DNA of 64,000 bases from Octopus sinensis (taxonomy: Eukaryota), in NCBI RefSeq assembly GCF_006345805.1, contig NC_043010.1, forward strand, positions 25,916,001-25,980,000. Reading direction: 5' to 3'. The position numbers were made by a program, and so were the translations under genes. Positions 61,954 to 64,000 of this stretch are shown piece by piece (position 1 is the stretch's first letter; every line of letters begins with the position of its first letter). The notes beneath the pieces were generated by a model, which worked only from the letters and a program-made list of their open reading frames with translations, had not been told where the DNA came from and searched no databases.

Positions 61954-64000
61954 TGTTGTGGGATGACGTCAGCAGCTGGACGTCAGCAGCGGGGTGCGTT
62001 GACCGGAAGCTGGGGCAACCGGAAGGGGTCAGCCGTCAGGCGTGCGCAGAGAGCGGGCAATTGCGCCTTTTCCAAAGTGGGCCGTGCAGGTGACAAGACG
62101 TGTGAGGACGTCGCTAAGGGTTTGGGCTAGCAGCTGCTATCGTTAGTGTTCGGGTCGGGGCTGTGTGGAAGGACTGGTCACCACTGGAGGGTCTCCGTCA
62201 CTAAGAAGAGAAGGTAGGTGCCTCTATATTCAAATCGCGCACACACTACAAGCTATTTCGGCCGTTCTTAAACATTTACATTTTTTTCAACACGATGTCT
62301 GCAAAAATTAGGATCGCCAGTGACGTCGTCAGACCTTTTAATGGCGAAGGCGATGTAGTGGCCTGGATTCGCAAAATCAGGCTGGTGGCAAGACTGCAGG
62401 GCATAAGTGACGTGGCGAGTCTTATGGCGCTGTACTTAGAAGGGAGCGCGTTAACGCTCTACCTAGAGATGGATGAAGAGGAACGGCTCAGCGAGGAGAA
62501 TATAGAGCGACGCTTGCGTGATGCCTACACGGAATGCGAGTACACAGCTTTTGCTAAGCTAGGTGCAATCAGGTGGACGGGAGGCCAAGTGGATGACTTT
62601 ACATCAGAAGTTAGAAGGCTAGCGACTCTGGCCGGGTTTGCGGGAGAAGGACTGGAGAGAGCAGCCCGACTGGCGTTCGTGAATGGGTTCCCCGACGATG
62701 TAGGGATTCACCTACAACGACTGCCCGGGGTTAAAAAGATGCCGTTGAGCGAACTTGTAACTCAGGTTCGCGTGTTGACGAGACACTCTGGGCGGAAGGC
62801 GATAGCGATGGCGGTGACGGAGGCGCGTAAAGACGTCCCGAGAAAGAGGTACAGAAGCTTACCGTGCAACGAGAGCGGCCGTTCTCAGGACGGTGTTTTA
62901 GATGCCAGGGACCGCACATGGCGCGGGACTGTACGCAGCCGGGGCCCGTTTACTATCGATGCAGGCACACAGGGCACATTACCCGTGATTGCGACCAAGG
63001 AAACGACCGCGGGGAAGTTGCTGCCTCTCGAACTTTCCCCTCAAACGAGTAGAGGCGCTATTGGAGACGCTGCCATTGATTGACGTGGAGGCCGAGGGGG
63101 AGACGTTCAAGGCCCTTGTGGATACGGGCTGTACGACCACCCTGGTGACTTCGAGGGTGACGAAGGAATGGAACGGGGTGAGTAGTGTCCGGGCGGTCGA
63201 CGGCAGCGAAATCCGTTGCAGAGGCAGCAGCAAGATAGAGATAGTGGTGCGCGGCGCGACGCTAAGGCTGCAGGCAATTGTGGCCGAACGCGTGATAGAT
63301 GGAGTTGATGTGGTGATGGGGATGGACGCCATCAACTGCCTCGGTGGCGTCAGTGTTGTGGGAAATGAGGTCACGTTCGGAAGCGTGGGGGCGTCGTGCA
63401 CTGCGAGTCAGGATCGCCAGAGAGAGCAGAGCCCCGCGAGGGACTGCGCCGCTTACACCATCGAGGACAAAGACTTTCAGGCGGCGTTCGATGGTCAGCG
63501 GTGGACGATAGAGTGGCGATGGAAGGACGAGCCCCCGACGCTGGAGAACAGGGTGAGCTGTTACCAGCATACCCTGAAAGGCCACGCCAGGGTCGAGTTT
63601 GAAGACGAGGTGGAAAGGTGGATCGAGGAAGGGGTCCTTGTCCCTTGGAAGGAGGAGGTAGCGGGCGGAGTGCTACCCCTGATGGCGGTGGTGCAGCCTA
63701 CGAAGGGAAAAGTCAGACCGGTACTGGACTTCAGGGAGCTAAACCAGCACATATCGTGTCACACGGGAAGTGAGGCGACAGACGTTTGTGGCGAGGCATT
63801 ACGTAAGTGGAGACAGTCGACTGAGGCAGCGACGATTGTCGACTTGAGATCGGCATACTTGCAGCTCCATGTGAGCGACAAACTGTGGCGATATCAGTTG
63901 GTGCGGTACAAGGGCCGGACGTACTGTCTAACCAGGCTGGGTTTCGGACTGAATTCCGCTCCGAAGATCATGGCGGCAGTGCTTAGGTCCGTCCTAGGGA
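61954..64000 (+). mobile_element. GC-rich Ty3/Gypsy-like retrotransposon, 5' part (gag, PR, RT; runs off the window)
   Basis: Candidate LTR 61954-62250 (TG...CA, unconfirmed); gag from 62295; knuckle CFRCQGPHMARDC in another frame; pol frame +1 open 62989-64000 with LVDTG, RPVLDFRELN, DLRSAYLQ, LGFGLNSAP. Confidence 0.9.

Overview
AT-rich, microsatellite-laden animal genomic DNA. The SINE families suggest an octopod cephalopod (inference). The only host gene I can support is the 5' part of a condensin I kleisin gene (NCAPH/CAP-H/barren) on the minus strand. It has five short coding exons (36404-36211, 12556-12466, 10332-10246, 2442-2328, 2098-1980) with GT-AG borders that splice in frame to 202 codons, and a candidate CDE/CHR promoter near 40.5 kb. 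The ORF track misses or mis-delimits all five exons. The rest is transposable-element material. In the introns: R4/Dong-type, RTE and CR1 LINEs, three Penelope-like elements, a near-intact hAT (Buster) element inside a Helitron-like element, a DD37D maT remnant, MITEs and SINEs. Upstream: one ~235-bp SINE split by a young Mag-type Gypsy, a solo LTR and a 3.7-kb foldback element; a decayed CsRn1-type Gypsy; a 2.5-kb minisatellite; a palindrome with TTAGGG tracts; and the start of a GC-rich Gypsy. The most interesting signal is a set of Penelope-associated hammerhead ribozyme motifs. One is textbook (26454-26539) and lies in the sense strand of the 23.7-kb intron after the first coding exon. A 792-bp non-coding tandem unit carries an eroded hammerhead and looks retrozyme-like. 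Coordinates were counted by hand; element edges without a TSD or TIR are approximate.
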